In this document: in pieces, positions 49,687 through 61,149 of the stretch
Numbering within the stretch: position 1 is the first letter of the stretch
How the letters are laid out: each line of letters starts with the position of its first letter
Assembly: GCA_965227515.1 (NCBI GenBank)
Contig: CBDDFZ010000001.1
Location: forward strand, 3,904,001 to 3,968,000
Direction: 5' to 3'
Length of the DNA: 64,000 nt
Source of the DNA: Alphaproteobacteria bacterium
GTDB taxonomy: Bacteria > Pseudomonadota > Alphaproteobacteria > CALKHQ01
Position numbers and translations under genes: made by a program
Notes under the pieces: generated by a model
Databases searched by the model: none
The model's input: the letters and a program-made list of their open reading frames with translations, nothing else
What the model was told of the DNA's origin: nothing

Positions 49687-52293
49687 TTAGGTCTTGCTGT
49701 CCGAGCCGCCCTGGCGCGCCCATCGTTCGCGCAGGGTCTGGTCATACAGCGACAATTGCGTGCGCAGGCTGGGCAGCGCATCGGCCATGAACGCCACCAC
49801 CTGGGTGCGCCGCTGCTGCGACAGTTCCGAGCAGATCGCCTGGATGCGCGCGGCGCCGACATGGGCCGAACTGCTCTTCAGGGCGTGCGACGTGTCGCGA
49901 ACGCCGCCGATATCGCGCTCCGCGACCGCGCGCTCCAGGTCGTCAAGCAACTGCCCGGCATCCTCGACATACTCGGTCACCAGTTCGCGGACGAACGAAC
50001 CGCCATTGTCCAGCGCCGACAGGCTTTGCAGCGAATGCTCGTCGACCACCGGGCGCGCGGTCATGCGGAAACGCGGATGGGAGCTCAAGTCGGCGACCTG
50101 GGTGTCGTCCACCGCGCCGCTGGACAGCCTGTCTGCAAAAGTCTCGACCGGGTCCAGGCGTGGGCTCGATGCCGGTGCTGGCCGCGCCGGCGTGGCGGGC
50201 ACTGGCGTTGCGGCCAGTGCGCCGCCCGTGCCCAGTGCAGTCCCAGGTGCGGTTCCAGGCGCGGTGCCATTCGCGCAGTGATCGAGCACACGGATCAGGT
50301 GCTCCGCCTCCACCGGCTTGGTGACGAATGCATCCATGCCGGCCGCCTTGCAGGCCCGCTCGGTGACCGTGGTGGCGTCGGCGGTCAGGGCGATGATCGG
50401 CAGTCGCGGCTGCGGCCCCACCTCGCCCATGCGGACTTCCTTGGCCACATCGATGCCGGACGTGCCGGGCATGTTGACGTCGAGCACCAGGATTTCCGCG
50501 TCGAACTCCGCCAATGCGTCCAGCGCGGCCTCGCCGTTCTCAACCAACCGCACCTCGTGACCGGCCTGGCGCAGGATCATCGCCGTCACCCGGCGGTTCA
50601 CGGCATTGTCCTCGGCCACCAGAACACGCAGCGGTCGCTGCGCCTTGGTGTCGGCCGTGCGTTGATCGATATCGTCGGCAAGGGCGTCGCCGGGGGCACA
50701 GCGCGCACCGAGCCGCGCCGCGGCCTGGATCAGGTCGCCATCGACAGGCTCGGTCACCGCGCAGTAGACCCCGGTGCGCAGCGTGGGCAAGGCCGTGGCG
50801 GTCCACGTGGCCGGCACCACCAGGGCGCCGCGGAACGGTGTCTCGATGGAGTCGATGGCCGTCCCCTGACCTGCATCCTGGTCCCGAATGCTCAGCACCA
50901 CCTTGTCGGGGCTGCCGCCGCTTTCCGCCACCAATTCGAGCCCAAGGTCGCCGGCAAGGGCCGCCACCCGCCCCCGCAGCCGGTCGTCGGAGACCCGCAG
51001 GCGAAGGCCCTCCGGCCGGACCGGTGCCTCGGTGTGGGCCGACACGCTGGCCGGCCGGATCGGCAACTCCATCCAGAAGCGGCTGCCGGCACCGACTTCG
51101 CTGTCGACGCCGATACGTCCGCCCATCAGGTCGGTCAGTTGCCGGCAGATCGCAAGACCCAGGCCGGCGCCGCCATAGCGCCGGCTGGTCGCCTGATCCT
51201 CCTGCGTGAACGGCTCGAAGATATGGCGCTGGGCGTTGGCGTCGATGCCAATGCCGGTATCGATTACGTCGAAGGTCATGCGCGGCGGCGCGTTATCGCG
51301 GGTGACGAGCCTGCAGCAGACGCGCACATAACCCTTCTCGGTGAACTTGATGGCGTTGGCGACCAGATTGGTCAGGATCTGGCGGATGTAGTGCGGCGCG
51401 CCGCGCATCCACGGATCGATCCGCCCATCGATCACGAACTGCAGCCGCAGGCCACGCTCCGTGCACTGCGGCTCCAGCATGCGGTAGAGCTCGACCAACT
51501 CGCCGTTCAGGTCGAAATCGACCTCGTCCACCGGCATGCGCCCAGCCTCGATGCGGGAGAAATCGAGAATCTGGTCGATGTTCGCCAGCAAGGTGCGCGC
51601 CGACGTGCCAATGGTGCGCGTCATGTCGCGCTGCTCCGCGCTCAGGCTGGTCTTCTGCATCAGGCCGCCGATGCCGATGATCGCATTCAGCGGCGTGCGC
51701 AGCTCATGGCTCATGGTGGCCAGGAACTGGCCCTTGGCGTTGCTCGCCGCCTCGGCCTGCAGCTTGGCTTCGGTCAGCTTGCGGATCAGGGTGGAAACGT
51801 AGGCGGGCAGGACGACCAGGGCCGCCAGCAGACCCGCCGACGTGGTCATGTTGTCGTGCCAGTACGGCGACAGCCAGACGACGGCGCCGAAACCCAGCAG
51901 GCTCCCCATCGCGCTCAACGCCAGATACCGGTTGCCGTAGCGGAAGCCGTTACCGAAGGTGACCCACAGGTAGACCAGATAGATCATCGCCGTGGCCGAC
52001 CCCCACCAGTACATGGCGAACGACGTGATCGCGATGTCGGCCACCATGCCGAGCAGGCGGCGGGCTGGATTGGGGTCCGGGTCGGCAGCGATCCAGGCGA
52101 TGAAGCCCAGGGAGACGGTTACGTAGACGGCGATGGAGACAACGGTGACGACACGGTCGCCGGACGCGCCCGCGCCGGCAACCTCCAGAACGCCAAGATA
52201 GACGGCAACCAGACTGACGATGACCAGGCGCACGAACGCCTGCTCGTGCTCGCTATCTGCCCGTCCCCGGAAGCGATCCAAAATGTGTCGCAC
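49687..52293 (-). CDS. rpfC: DSF sensor hybrid histidine kinase (TM-HisKA-HATPase-REC-HPt)
   Basis: N-terminal RGRADSEH, about five TM helices with WVTFGNGFRYG, MSHELRTPLN, AEDN / LDVNMP receiver, HALKSSS HPt. Confidence 0.85.
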   Translation of the reverse strand: MRHILDRFRGRADSEHEQAFVRLVIVSLVAVYLGVLEVAGAGASGDRVVTVVSIAVYVTVSLGFIAWIAADPDPNPARRLLGMVADIAITSFAMYWWGSATAMIYLVYLWVTFGNGFRYGNRYLALSAMGSLLGFGAVVWLSPYWHDNMTTSAGLLAALVVLPAYVSTLIRKLTEAKLQAEAASNAKGQFLATMSHELRTPLNAIIGIGGLMQKTSLSAEQRDMTRTIGTSARTLLANIDQILDFSRIEAGRMPVDEVDFDLNGELVELYRMLEPQCTERGLRLQFVIDGRIDPWMRGAPHYIRQILTNLVANAIKFTEKGYVRVCCRLVTRDNAPPRMTFDVIDTGIGIDANAQRHIFEPFTQEDQATSRRYGGAGLGLAICRQLTDLMGGRIGVDSEVGAGSRFWMELPIRPASVSAHTEAPVRPEGLRLRVSDDRLRGRVAALAGDLGLELVAESGGSPDKVVLSIRDQDAGQGTAIDSIETPFRGALVVPATWTATALPTLRTGVYCAVTEPVDGDLIQAAARLGARCAPGDALADDIDQRTADTKAQRPLRVLVAEDNAVNRRVTAMILRQAGHEVRLVENGEAALDALAEFDAEILVLDVNMPGTSGIDVAKEVRMGEVGPQPRLPIIALTADATTVTERACKAAGMDAFVTKPVEAEHLIRVLDHCANGTAPGTAPGTALGTGGALAATPVPATPARPAPASSPRLDPVETFADRLSSGAVDDTQVADLSSHPRFRMTARPVVDEHSLQSLSALDNGGSFVRELVTEYVEDAGQLLDDLERAVAERDIGGVRDTSHALKSSSAHVGAARIQAICSELSQQRRTQVVAFMADALPSLRTQLSLYDQTLRERWARQGGSDSKT

Positions 52294-52299
52294 GAATAG

Positions 52300-53958
52300 T
52301 CATTCTCCAGAACTCGGCGTCGACGCTTGATTGGCAGTCAAGACACGCGCCGCGGGAAAAGTTGCGACAACCGTTGTGCCTTCGCCGACTGAACTTTCGA
52401 TATTCAGCTTTCCACCATGCAATTCCGTTAATTCGAGGGCCAAAGAAAGCCCAAGGCCGGCCCCCGGCTTCGGAGTATTTCCGGGGCTGCGCAGCCGGCC
52501 AAACCTGGCCAAAGCGAGCTTGACGTCGTCTTCGGCGATCCCGATGCCCTCGTCGGCCACAGCCACCGTCAGATCGCCGCCTTCGGCCAACGCGGACGCG
52601 ACCTTAACATGGCCGCCCTGTGTTGAAAACTTCACGCCGTTCGATACCAGGTTCGACAAGACTTGCTTGAAACGCCGCTCGTCGGCCCAGAGTTCCAGCG
52701 ACGGGTCGACGTCGATCTCGATCGTCACTTCCAAGTCCTCGGCCTTGGCCTCGAAAAACCGCACGACGTTGCGCACCACGTCCCGCACCGAGAATCTCGA
52801 TTCGACCAGGCTAAGGCGCCCGCTCTCTATCTGCGAAATATCAAGTATATCTTCGATCAGCCCCAGCAGGTGCTCGGCACTGCCCAGAATGTCGCCCGCA
52901 TATTCCTTGTAGCGCATGGTCCCGACCGGCCCCAGAAGCTCGGTCGAAAGCACCTCGGCGAATCCGATGATCGCGTTCAGCGGCGTGCGCAGCTCGTGGC
53001 TGGTGTTGGCGAGAAATTCCGACTTGCTACGGTTCGCGAGCTCGGCCGCGAGCTTCGCATCCAGCAGCACGGTCTCGGCCCGTTTCTGCTCGCTGATGTC
53101 GACCGAAACCGTCAGCACCTCGTCGGAGGGGCCATCGCCCTGTAGCAGTGGCAGCTTGGTGGTCTTGAAGCTGACCACCCGGCCGTCGCTGTCCTCCAGC
53201 TCCTCCTCGAACATGCATATGGTCTCGCCGTCCAGTATACGACGGTCGAAGACACCATGGTCGCTACCGCCCCGCGGCAGGCCGATGCTGTCCCAATGCT
53301 GGCCGACGATGGGCGTGCCCAGCGCGAAGAACTCCTCGCACGCACGGTTTGCCATCGTGATGTACCCGGTGGCATCGCGCACGGTGATCAGCGCCGGCAG
53401 CCCATTGATGACCGCGTTCAGCCGGTCCTCCGACTGCCGCAACTCATCGGCGCGCAGCTTGTTGGTGACCTGAAGCCGCTCTTCCAGGCTGACGGCGCGA
53501 CGCCGGATGATCTCCTGCTGATGGCGCAAGGTCAGCAGATTGCTGATTCGCGCCCGGAACTCGCGGTGGTCCAGCGGACTGATCAGGAAGTCGGTGGCGC
53601 CTGCATCCAAGGCGCGGTACCGGAGCTCGCGCTCCTCGTAGACGGTGACCACGACCACCGGCACGTCGAAGCAGTTCGGCATCGCGCGCAATCGGCGAAT
53701 GAAATCGGCGCCGTCCATCGACGGCATCTTGAAATCGGTGATGACCAGATCCGGCGGATTGCGCGAAATCCACTCCAGCGCCGGGCTCGGGCTGTCGAAG
53801 GGCTGGACCTGGACACGCGCGCTCAGGCTAGAGGCAAGCTTGCCCAGGACCGCGCGGTTCGTCGCCCGGTCGTCGACGATGACGATCACCGGCAAGGTGG
53901 CCGTCCGGGTCTGAACCGGCAACCGCGTGACGAGTTGAGGACCTTGTGCCGGAGTCAT
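52300..53958 (-). CDS. REC-PAS-histidine kinase with an RpfG-like receiver domain
   Basis: IVDD...TDFKMPSMDG receiver, RARISNLLTLR...AVSLEERL linker, PAS ending SVDISEQK, TSHELRTPLN, NLVSNGVKF, GAGLGL; start uncertain. Confidence 0.85.
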   Translation of the reverse strand: MTPAQGPQLVTRLPVQTRTATLPVIVIVDDRATNRAVLGKLASSLSARVQVQPFDSPSPALEWISRNPPDLVITDFKMPSMDGADFIRRLRAMPNCFDVPVVVVTVYEERELRYRALDAGATDFLISPLDHREFRARISNLLTLRHQQEIIRRRAVSLEERLQVTNKLRADELRQSEDRLNAVINGLPALITVRDATGYITMANRACEEFFALGTPIVGQHWDSIGLPRGGSDHGVFDRRILDGETICMFEEELEDSDGRVVSFKTTKLPLLQGDGPSDEVLTVSVDISEQKRAETVLLDAKLAAELANRSKSEFLANTSHELRTPLNAIIGFAEVLSTELLGPVGTMRYKEYAGDILGSAEHLLGLIEDILDISQIESGRLSLVESRFSVRDVVRNVVRFFEAKAEDLEVTIEIDVDPSLELWADERRFKQVLSNLVSNGVKFSTQGGHVKVASALAEGGDLTVAVADEGIGIAEDDVKLALARFGRLRSPGNTPKPGAGLGLSLALELTELHGGKLNIESSVGEGTTVVATFPAARVLTANQASTPSSGE

Positions 53959-54401
53959 AAGCCGTCTAGCGCTAGGCGAAAGCGACACCCCACCCACAAT
54001 GCCCTGGCTAACTGAGCGTCCACCAAGGCTGCAACTCGCCGCTTCGCCTTCTCAAGATAGCAGTTCGCCACCCTCAATCAAACTATTCCGCCCAATCGGC
54101 AGCCCGCGATGGGCCAAAAACGCACCGGGTTCCGCCGTCGAAGCGCCTATCGGCGGGCAACGGGCATCCCCACGTATGCGGCTCGGCGGTCCGGATGTCG
54201 CGCCCGCCAGCGGAGTCGCAGCGCCGTGCCGACAGGCGCGCGACGTCCGGTGGGTGCCGACTTGACAGCCGTGGGCAATCGCCCGCAACATCCCGGTTGC
54301 AGAACACTCCGTTCGCGACAGCGTGCACGGCAACAGTCGGTACGTGGCCTGGTCCGCCGGGTCGGCAGCGCGGCGGTCTGATGGGGGAGCGCCGAGTAGC
54401 G

Positions 54402-54704
54402 ATGTCGCGATTTGCCATCGTCGTGGATTTCCGGATGAAGCCGGAAGACGTCGACACCTTCGTCACCGCCGTCACAGAGAATGCGGCCGCGTCAGCGGGC
54501 ACGGAGCCCGGATGCCGGCGCTTCGACGTGCTGACGTCGCGCGACGGCGAGCCCGTGGTCTGGCTCTATGAGATCTACGACGACCGGGACGCCTTCGAGG
54601 CGCATCTGCGCACGGAGCATTTCGCCAAGTTCAAGGCCGCGACCGACCCGATTGTGCAAGGCGTCACGGTACGCGAACTGACGGTGGACGAAAATGCCGG
54701 CTGA
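54402..54704 (+). CDS. ABM-family (putative quinol monooxygenase/LsrG-like) protein
   Basis: EPGCRRFDV, LYEIY, HLRTEHF. Confidence 0.82.
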   Translation: MSRFAIVVDFRMKPEDVDTFVTAVTENAAASAGTEPGCRRFDVLTSRDGEPVVWLYEIYDDRDAFEAHLRTEHFAKFKAATDPIVQGVTVRELTVDENAG

Positions 54705-55497
54705 TCGGACCGCTGCCGACGGGGCTACGCTGCGCGCGATGGCGCGCACCAAGGACCTGAAGGTCGGCCACTTCATCGTCGAGTTCGCCACGCCGGGCAT
54801 CGGCCATATGCTGAAGAACGCCGGCTGCGATTTCGTGCTGTTCGACACCGAGCATTCAGGCTTCCACCACGAGACGATCAAGAGCGCCATACGATATTTC
54901 GAGGCGGCGCGCCTGCCCACCATCGTGCGCGTGCCGTCGAAGGCCTATCACCACATCGCGCGTGCCGCCGATATGGGCGCGGAAGGCATCATGCTGCCGA
55001 TGGTCGGCAGCGCCGAAGAGGCGCGCGCCATTCTGGACTGCATGAAGTATGTGCCGGTCGGCCAGCGTGGCGTGGCCCTGGGTGTTGCCCACGATGCCTA
55101 TCATGTCAGCGACGTGATGGGTTCGCTAGCGGCCGCCAATGATCGCACCGCCCTGTTCGCCCAGATCGAGACCAGGGAGGGGGTGGAGAACGCCGACGCG
55201 ATCGCCGCCGTCGACGGTGTCGACTGCCTGTGGGTCGGCCATTTCGACCTGTCATGCTCGCTGGGCGTGCCCGGGCAGTTCGACAGCAAGGTCTTCAGCG
55301 ACGCCATCGATGTCGTGGCCAAGGCGTGCGCCGCCCACGGCAAGGCGCTGGGCCGACTGGTGCCCGACGTCGCCACCGGCGTCGAATACAACAAGCTGGG
55401 CTTCGATTTCATCTGTTACTCGGGCGACGTGTGGGCCTATCAGGCCGCGGTCAAGCAGGGGGTTGACGGCATTCGCGAGGGCTGTGCCGCCAACTGA
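54694..55497 (+). CDS. HpcH/HpaI family aldolase
   Basis: FDTEHS, VRVP, GQRG, QIET, GHFDL. Confidence 0.85.
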   Translation: MPADRTAADGATLRAMARTKDLKVGHFIVEFATPGIGHMLKNAGCDFVLFDTEHSGFHHETIKSAIRYFEAARLPTIVRVPSKAYHHIARAADMGAEGIMLPMVGSAEEARAILDCMKYVPVGQRGVALGVAHDAYHVSDVMGSLAAANDRTALFAQIETREGVENADAIAAVDGVDCLWVGHFDLSCSLGVPGQFDSKVFSDAIDVVAKACAAHGKALGRLVPDVATGVEYNKLGFDFICYSGDVWAYQAAVKQGVDGIREGCAAN

Positions 55498-55576
55498 CGG
55501 TGGCAATAGCGTCGCGGCAACAACAAAGACATGGCGACGCGTTTCGACACCGGCGCCTGACCAACGAGGAAACGAC

Positions 55577-56626
55577 ATGGCCAAGTTCCGGGTTGCCCTT
55601 TCCAGCGACTTCCGCAGGCCCGACGGCTCACCCGCCTTCGTCGACTGGGATATGGCGCCGCTGGACGACAACCCGGATATCGAGGTCACCTACGTCGACG
55701 CCATCGACAACGTGATGCCGGCCGAGGGCCTGGCCGGTCACGACGCCCTGATCCTGTTGGCCAAGAAATTCACCGCCGCCAGCGTACCCGCCGACGGGCG
55801 GCTGGCGATGGTGGCCCGCTTCGGCGTCGGTTTCGACAATGTCGACATCCCGGCCTGCAACGCGAATGGCATCGCGGCGGTGATCACGCCCGACGGGGTG
55901 CGCCGGCCGGTCGCCGTCTCCATTCTCACCTTCATGCTGGCGTTGAGCCAGAAGATGCACATCAAGGAGCGGCTGACCCGCCAGGGGCCGGAGGGGTGGA
56001 AGCAGATCTCCTCCAACATGGGCGTCGGCCTGATGGGCCGCACCTTCGGCTCGCTCGGCATCGGCAATATCGGCGCCGAGGCCTACCGGCTGATCCAGCC
56101 GTTCGGCATGCGCCACATCGCGCACGACCCGTTTGCCGACCAGAAGGTGGCCGCCGACCTGAACATCGAGCTGGTCTCGATCGAGGACCTGTTCAAGCAG
56201 TCCGACTTCCTGTCGGTCAGTTGTCCGCTGAACGACCAGACGCGCGGCATCGTCAATGCCGAGAAACTGGCGATGATGAAGCCGACCGCCTACGTCATCA
56301 ACACCGCACGCGGGCCGATCATCGACGAGCCCGCACTGGTCGATGCGCTGAAATCGGGCACCATCGCGGGTGCCGGGCTGGATGTCTTCGAGCAGGAGCC
56401 CTGCCCCGCCGACGCACCGATCCTGCAGCTCGACAGTGTCATCGTGACGCCCCACTCGCTGTGCTGGACCGACCAGTGCTTCGCCGGCATCGGCGCGTCG
56501 GACGTGAAATCGGTGCTGGCGATGATGCGCGGGGAGATCCCCGGCGGCATCGTGAACAAGGACATAACAAGCAATTCCGCGTGGCTGGAGAAGCTCGCGG
56601 GATACAAGGCCGCGTTCGGGTCCTGA
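55577..56626 (+). CDS. D-2-hydroxyacid dehydrogenase family protein
   Basis: RFGVGFDNVD, GIGNIG, NTARG, DVFEQEP, TPH. Confidence 0.85.
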   Translation: MAKFRVALSSDFRRPDGSPAFVDWDMAPLDDNPDIEVTYVDAIDNVMPAEGLAGHDALILLAKKFTAASVPADGRLAMVARFGVGFDNVDIPACNANGIAAVITPDGVRRPVAVSILTFMLALSQKMHIKERLTRQGPEGWKQISSNMGVGLMGRTFGSLGIGNIGAEAYRLIQPFGMRHIAHDPFADQKVAADLNIELVSIEDLFKQSDFLSVSCPLNDQTRGIVNAEKLAMMKPTAYVINTARGPIIDEPALVDALKSGTIAGAGLDVFEQEPCPADAPILQLDSVIVTPHSLCWTDQCFAGIGASDVKSVLAMMRGEIPGGIVNKDITSNSAWLEKLAGYKAAFGS

Positions 56627-56693
56627 CCCGGTACTGGCCTTGTCGATAACGTCGCGGCACAACGATCGCGGCGGCAAACGGAGGGAAGCAACG

Positions 56694-58136
56694 ATGGCAA
56701 GAGGACCGACATTCGGGTTGCCCATCGTGGCTGCAGCGGCTGCGTTGGCCGCCTTTTCCGCACCGGCATGGTCGCAGTCCGCGGCCGAACGGGCGGTGGA
56801 GGCGGCGAAGCAGTATGCCGGCACCACGATCACGGTAACCTGGGAAGCCGGCCTGCAAGCCCACGACCCGTTGAATTTCTCGGGTCCGATGTGGGAGGAG
56901 CTGACCGGCATCAAGGTCGAGGTGATCGAGATACCGATCAACGAGCTGTTCACCAAGACGCTGGCCGAACACCGGGCCGGCACCGGTGCATACGACCTGT
57001 TGAACGTCATCCCTGCGTGGATGCCCGATCTGGTCAACGCCGGCGCGCTGGAACCGCTCGACGGTTATGTCGACGAATACGGCTACCGCGACGAACTGGA
57101 CGACATCGCCCCCGTCTATCGGGACAACCAGATGTCGTACAACGGCGAGATCTACGGCTTCCCCGACGACGGCGACGTGCTGCTGCTCTACTACCGCACG
57201 GACCTGTTCAGCGACCCGGACCATCAGGCCGCGTTCGAGGAAGCCTATGGCTATCCGCTGGCGCCGCCGGCCGATTGGGACCAGTTCTACGACATCTCCA
57301 AGTACTTCACCGATGCGATGGCACCGGACCTCTATGGCTCGGCCCTGATCTTGTCTCCGGGCCTGGTCCACTTCCTGTTCGAAGAGCGCTTCCGGGTCGC
57401 CGGCGGCCGTTTCTTCGACGAGGAGACGATGGAGGCCACCATCAATTCCGACATCGGCGTCGCGGTGCTGGAGGACATGGTCCGCCAACTCGACAACATG
57501 CCGCCGGGTGCTGCGAGCTGGGGCCCGATCGAGGTGCTGAACGCGTGGCTGGCCGGTGAGCTTGCCATGCAGATCTGGTGGCCGCCGCCCGGGCGCTGGT
57601 CGGCAGGCTATGGCACCGAGATCGAGGCACTGTCATGGCTGCCGGAATCGACCGTCGCGGGCAAGGTGGGTTACGCACCGACGCCGGGCGGCCATCCGCA
57701 GCTTGCCGCGGGCTTCCTGCTTTCCGTCTCGTCCAACAGCGAGAACAAGGAAGCGGCCTATCTGTTCGCCCAGTGGATGAACAGCAAGGAAATCAGCCTG
57801 CAGCGGGTGCAGTTGCCCTACGCCCTGCGCGATCCGTTCCGCACCTCTCACTTCGAGAGCGAGGAATATCGCAGCCTCTGGGGCGAGGCCGGCAACTACC
57901 TCGACACGCTGACCGCAAACGCCAACACCGGCATGCTGGATCTTTCGATCATCGACACCTTCTCGTACGAGGAGTCGCTGACCCGGGCGATCACGGAAGT
58001 GCTGGCTGGCGGCGATGCGCGCGATGCGTTGGATGCCGCGGCCGAGGAATGGGACGAGATCACCGACGACATCGGGGTCGACGACCAGCGCGAGGCCTAC
58101 ATCGAATGGGCGTCCAAGCCGAGCGCGTATCCTTGA
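56694..58136 (+). CDS. Carbohydrate ABC transporter substrate-binding protein
   Basis: Signal peptide, EELTGIKV, LYYRTDLF, PPADWD; acidic composition. Confidence 0.85.
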   Translation: MARGPTFGLPIVAAAAALAAFSAPAWSQSAAERAVEAAKQYAGTTITVTWEAGLQAHDPLNFSGPMWEELTGIKVEVIEIPINELFTKTLAEHRAGTGAYDLLNVIPAWMPDLVNAGALEPLDGYVDEYGYRDELDDIAPVYRDNQMSYNGEIYGFPDDGDVLLLYYRTDLFSDPDHQAAFEEAYGYPLAPPADWDQFYDISKYFTDAMAPDLYGSALILSPGLVHFLFEERFRVAGGRFFDEETMEATINSDIGVAVLEDMVRQLDNMPPGAASWGPIEVLNAWLAGELAMQIWWPPPGRWSAGYGTEIEALSWLPESTVAGKVGYAPTPGGHPQLAAGFLLSVSSNSENKEAAYLFAQWMNSKEISLQRVQLPYALRDPFRTSHFESEEYRSLWGEAGNYLDTLTANANTGMLDLSIIDTFSYEESLTRAITEVLAGGDARDALDAAAEEWDEITDDIGVDDQREAYIEWASKPSAYP

Positions 58137-58236
58137 CCTGAGTAACCTGGCCTGAGCGATTGGGCCTGAACGGACGGGACCGTATGGCACGTTGCCATGC
58201 GGTCCCCACCGCCGGATCGAGCTAGACGACTGAACC

Positions 58237-59175
58237 ATGGCGTTGGCGGAAGCATCCCGCGGAGGCGGGTCTGAGCGACGGACCCCGTCCAGTCGCCTGA
58301 GCCTGTTCGCAGACCGCCACTTCAGATGGCTGATCATCTGGCCGTCGATCCTGATCATCCTGCTGATCGGCCTGTTCCCGATCATCTACTCCCTGGTTGT
58401 CAGCTTCATGCGCTTCACCCGGCGCGGCGAGGACACCTCGTGGCAGGGGTTCGACAACTACGGGCGCCTGCTCGGCGACGACCGGTTCTGGGAATCGCTG
58501 CTGCACACCGGCATCTTCACCGCGGTCGCACTGCCGCTGGAGCTGCTGCTGGGTTTGGCGCTGGCCCGCCTGTTCCTGGAAAAGATGCCGGGCCGCCAGG
58601 CGCTGATTTCCATCCTGATCCTGCCGACCGCCATCGCGCCCTTCGTCGCCGGCGCCATGTGGCGGCTGATGTGGGACAACATCTTCGGCCCGATCAACCA
58701 GATCCTGTCGTGGTTCTACGGCGAGTCCGTCGACATCCTGTGGCTCGTCAACGACAACCCCTTCATCGTCTATTCGGCGATCCTGGTCTGCGAAATCTGG
58801 CAGTGGACGCCGTTCATGTTCCTGGTGCTGCTGGCGGCCATGTCGAACGTCGACAAGTCGCAGCTGGAGGCGGCCGAGCTTGACGGCGCGTCGGCGCTGA
58901 AGGTGTTCCGCCGCATCATCCTGCCCGCGATCAAGCCGGTGATCATCGTGGCGCTGACCATCCGCGGCCTGGAACTGGTGCGCCTGTTCGACATCGTCTG
59001 GGCGCTGACCCACGGCGGGCCGGGCAACATGACCGAGACGCTGAGCGTCTACGCCTACGTCAAGGGCTTCGAGCGTTTCGACACATCCGTCACCGCCGCG
59101 ATGACGTTCCTGGTCATCATTGCGCTGTCGCTGCTGGTGATGATGCTGCTGAAACGCGTGGCGATTGCGCGATGA
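58237..59175 (+). CDS. Carbohydrate ABC transporter permease
   Basis: WQWTPFM, EAAELDGA, GGPG..TETLS. Confidence 0.9.
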   Translation: MALAEASRGGGSERRTPSSRLSLFADRHFRWLIIWPSILIILLIGLFPIIYSLVVSFMRFTRRGEDTSWQGFDNYGRLLGDDRFWESLLHTGIFTAVALPLELLLGLALARLFLEKMPGRQALISILILPTAIAPFVAGAMWRLMWDNIFGPINQILSWFYGESVDILWLVNDNPFIVYSAILVCEIWQWTPFMFLVLLAAMSNVDKSQLEAAELDGASALKVFRRIILPAIKPVIIVALTIRGLELVRLFDIVWALTHGGPGNMTETLSVYAYVKGFERFDTSVTAAMTFLVIIALSLLVMMLLKRVAIAR

Positions 59176-60023
59176 GACGCGGCAGCCGCAAGCCCTGGTA
59201 CCAGCGCCGCGACGGGCGGCTGACCGCGATGCGCCTGGTCGGCGCCATCGTTATCGCGATCGTCTTCCTGTTCCCGATCTACTGGCTGTTCATCATGGCG
59301 TTCAAGACGCCGGAGGAGGTGTTCTCCAGCACGCCGGTCTGGCTTCCGGAAACGCCGAATTTCGACACGTTCCTGGCGCTGTGGGGCGATGGCGATTTCG
59401 TGTCGGTGTGGAACAGCTTCGTCATCGCCGGCATCAGCACGGTGGTGGCGATGTTCCTGGGCACCATCGCCGCCTACAGCATCGCGCGCTACAACACCGG
59501 CGGCGACAATCTGGCAATCTGGATCATCTCCCAGCGCATGATCCCGCCGATCGCGGTCGCGTTCCCGATCTTCCTGCTCTATGCCATCGTCGACCTGAAC
59601 GACACCTATTTCGGCCTGATCGCGCTCTACACCGCCTTCAACATCCCCTACGTCATCTGGATGATGCGCGGCTACATCGAGGATGTGCCGCTTGAACTGG
59701 AGGAAAGCGCCCTCGTCGACGGGCTGAGCCACTGGCAGACGCTGCTTCGGGTCACCTTCCCGATGGTCCGGACCGGCCTGTTCGCGACCGCCGTGTTCAC
59801 ATTCATCTTTGCCTGGAACGAGTTCCTGTTCGCGCTGATCCTGACCAAGACCGACGTCATCACGTTCCCGGTCCAGATCACGCACTATTTCGGCCAGCAG
59901 CAGACGTTCTGGGCGAAGATCGGCGCGATGTCGCTGGTCGGCGCGCTGCCGGTGTTCTTCACTGTCGCCATGGCCCAGAAATTCCTGGTCCGCGGCATCT
60001 CCATGGGCGCCGTGAAGGGGTGA
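59172..60023 (+). CDS. Carbohydrate ABC transporter permease
   Basis: ELEESALVDG, FAWNEF, GAVKG. Confidence 0.9.
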   Translation: MRRGSRKPWYQRRDGRLTAMRLVGAIVIAIVFLFPIYWLFIMAFKTPEEVFSSTPVWLPETPNFDTFLALWGDGDFVSVWNSFVIAGISTVVAMFLGTIAAYSIARYNTGGDNLAIWIISQRMIPPIAVAFPIFLLYAIVDLNDTYFGLIALYTAFNIPYVIWMMRGYIEDVPLELEESALVDGLSHWQTLLRVTFPMVRTGLFATAVFTFIFAWNEFLFALILTKTDVITFPVQITHYFGQQQTFWAKIGAMSLVGALPVFFTVAMAQKFLVRGISMGAVKG

Positions 60024-60030
60024 GCCGCCA

Positions 60031-61137
<1,107 letters not shown>

Positions 61138-61149
61138 GCCAACTCTATT

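Noticed and set aside
50200-50275. APGTAPGTALGT tandem repeat in RpfC
   Set aside because: Ordinary low-complexity linker between REC and HPt domains
49591-52299. 902 aa + strand ORF and many similar long antisense ORFs
   Set aside because: Stop-poor shadow frames of real genes in high-GC DNA, with no recognisable motifs
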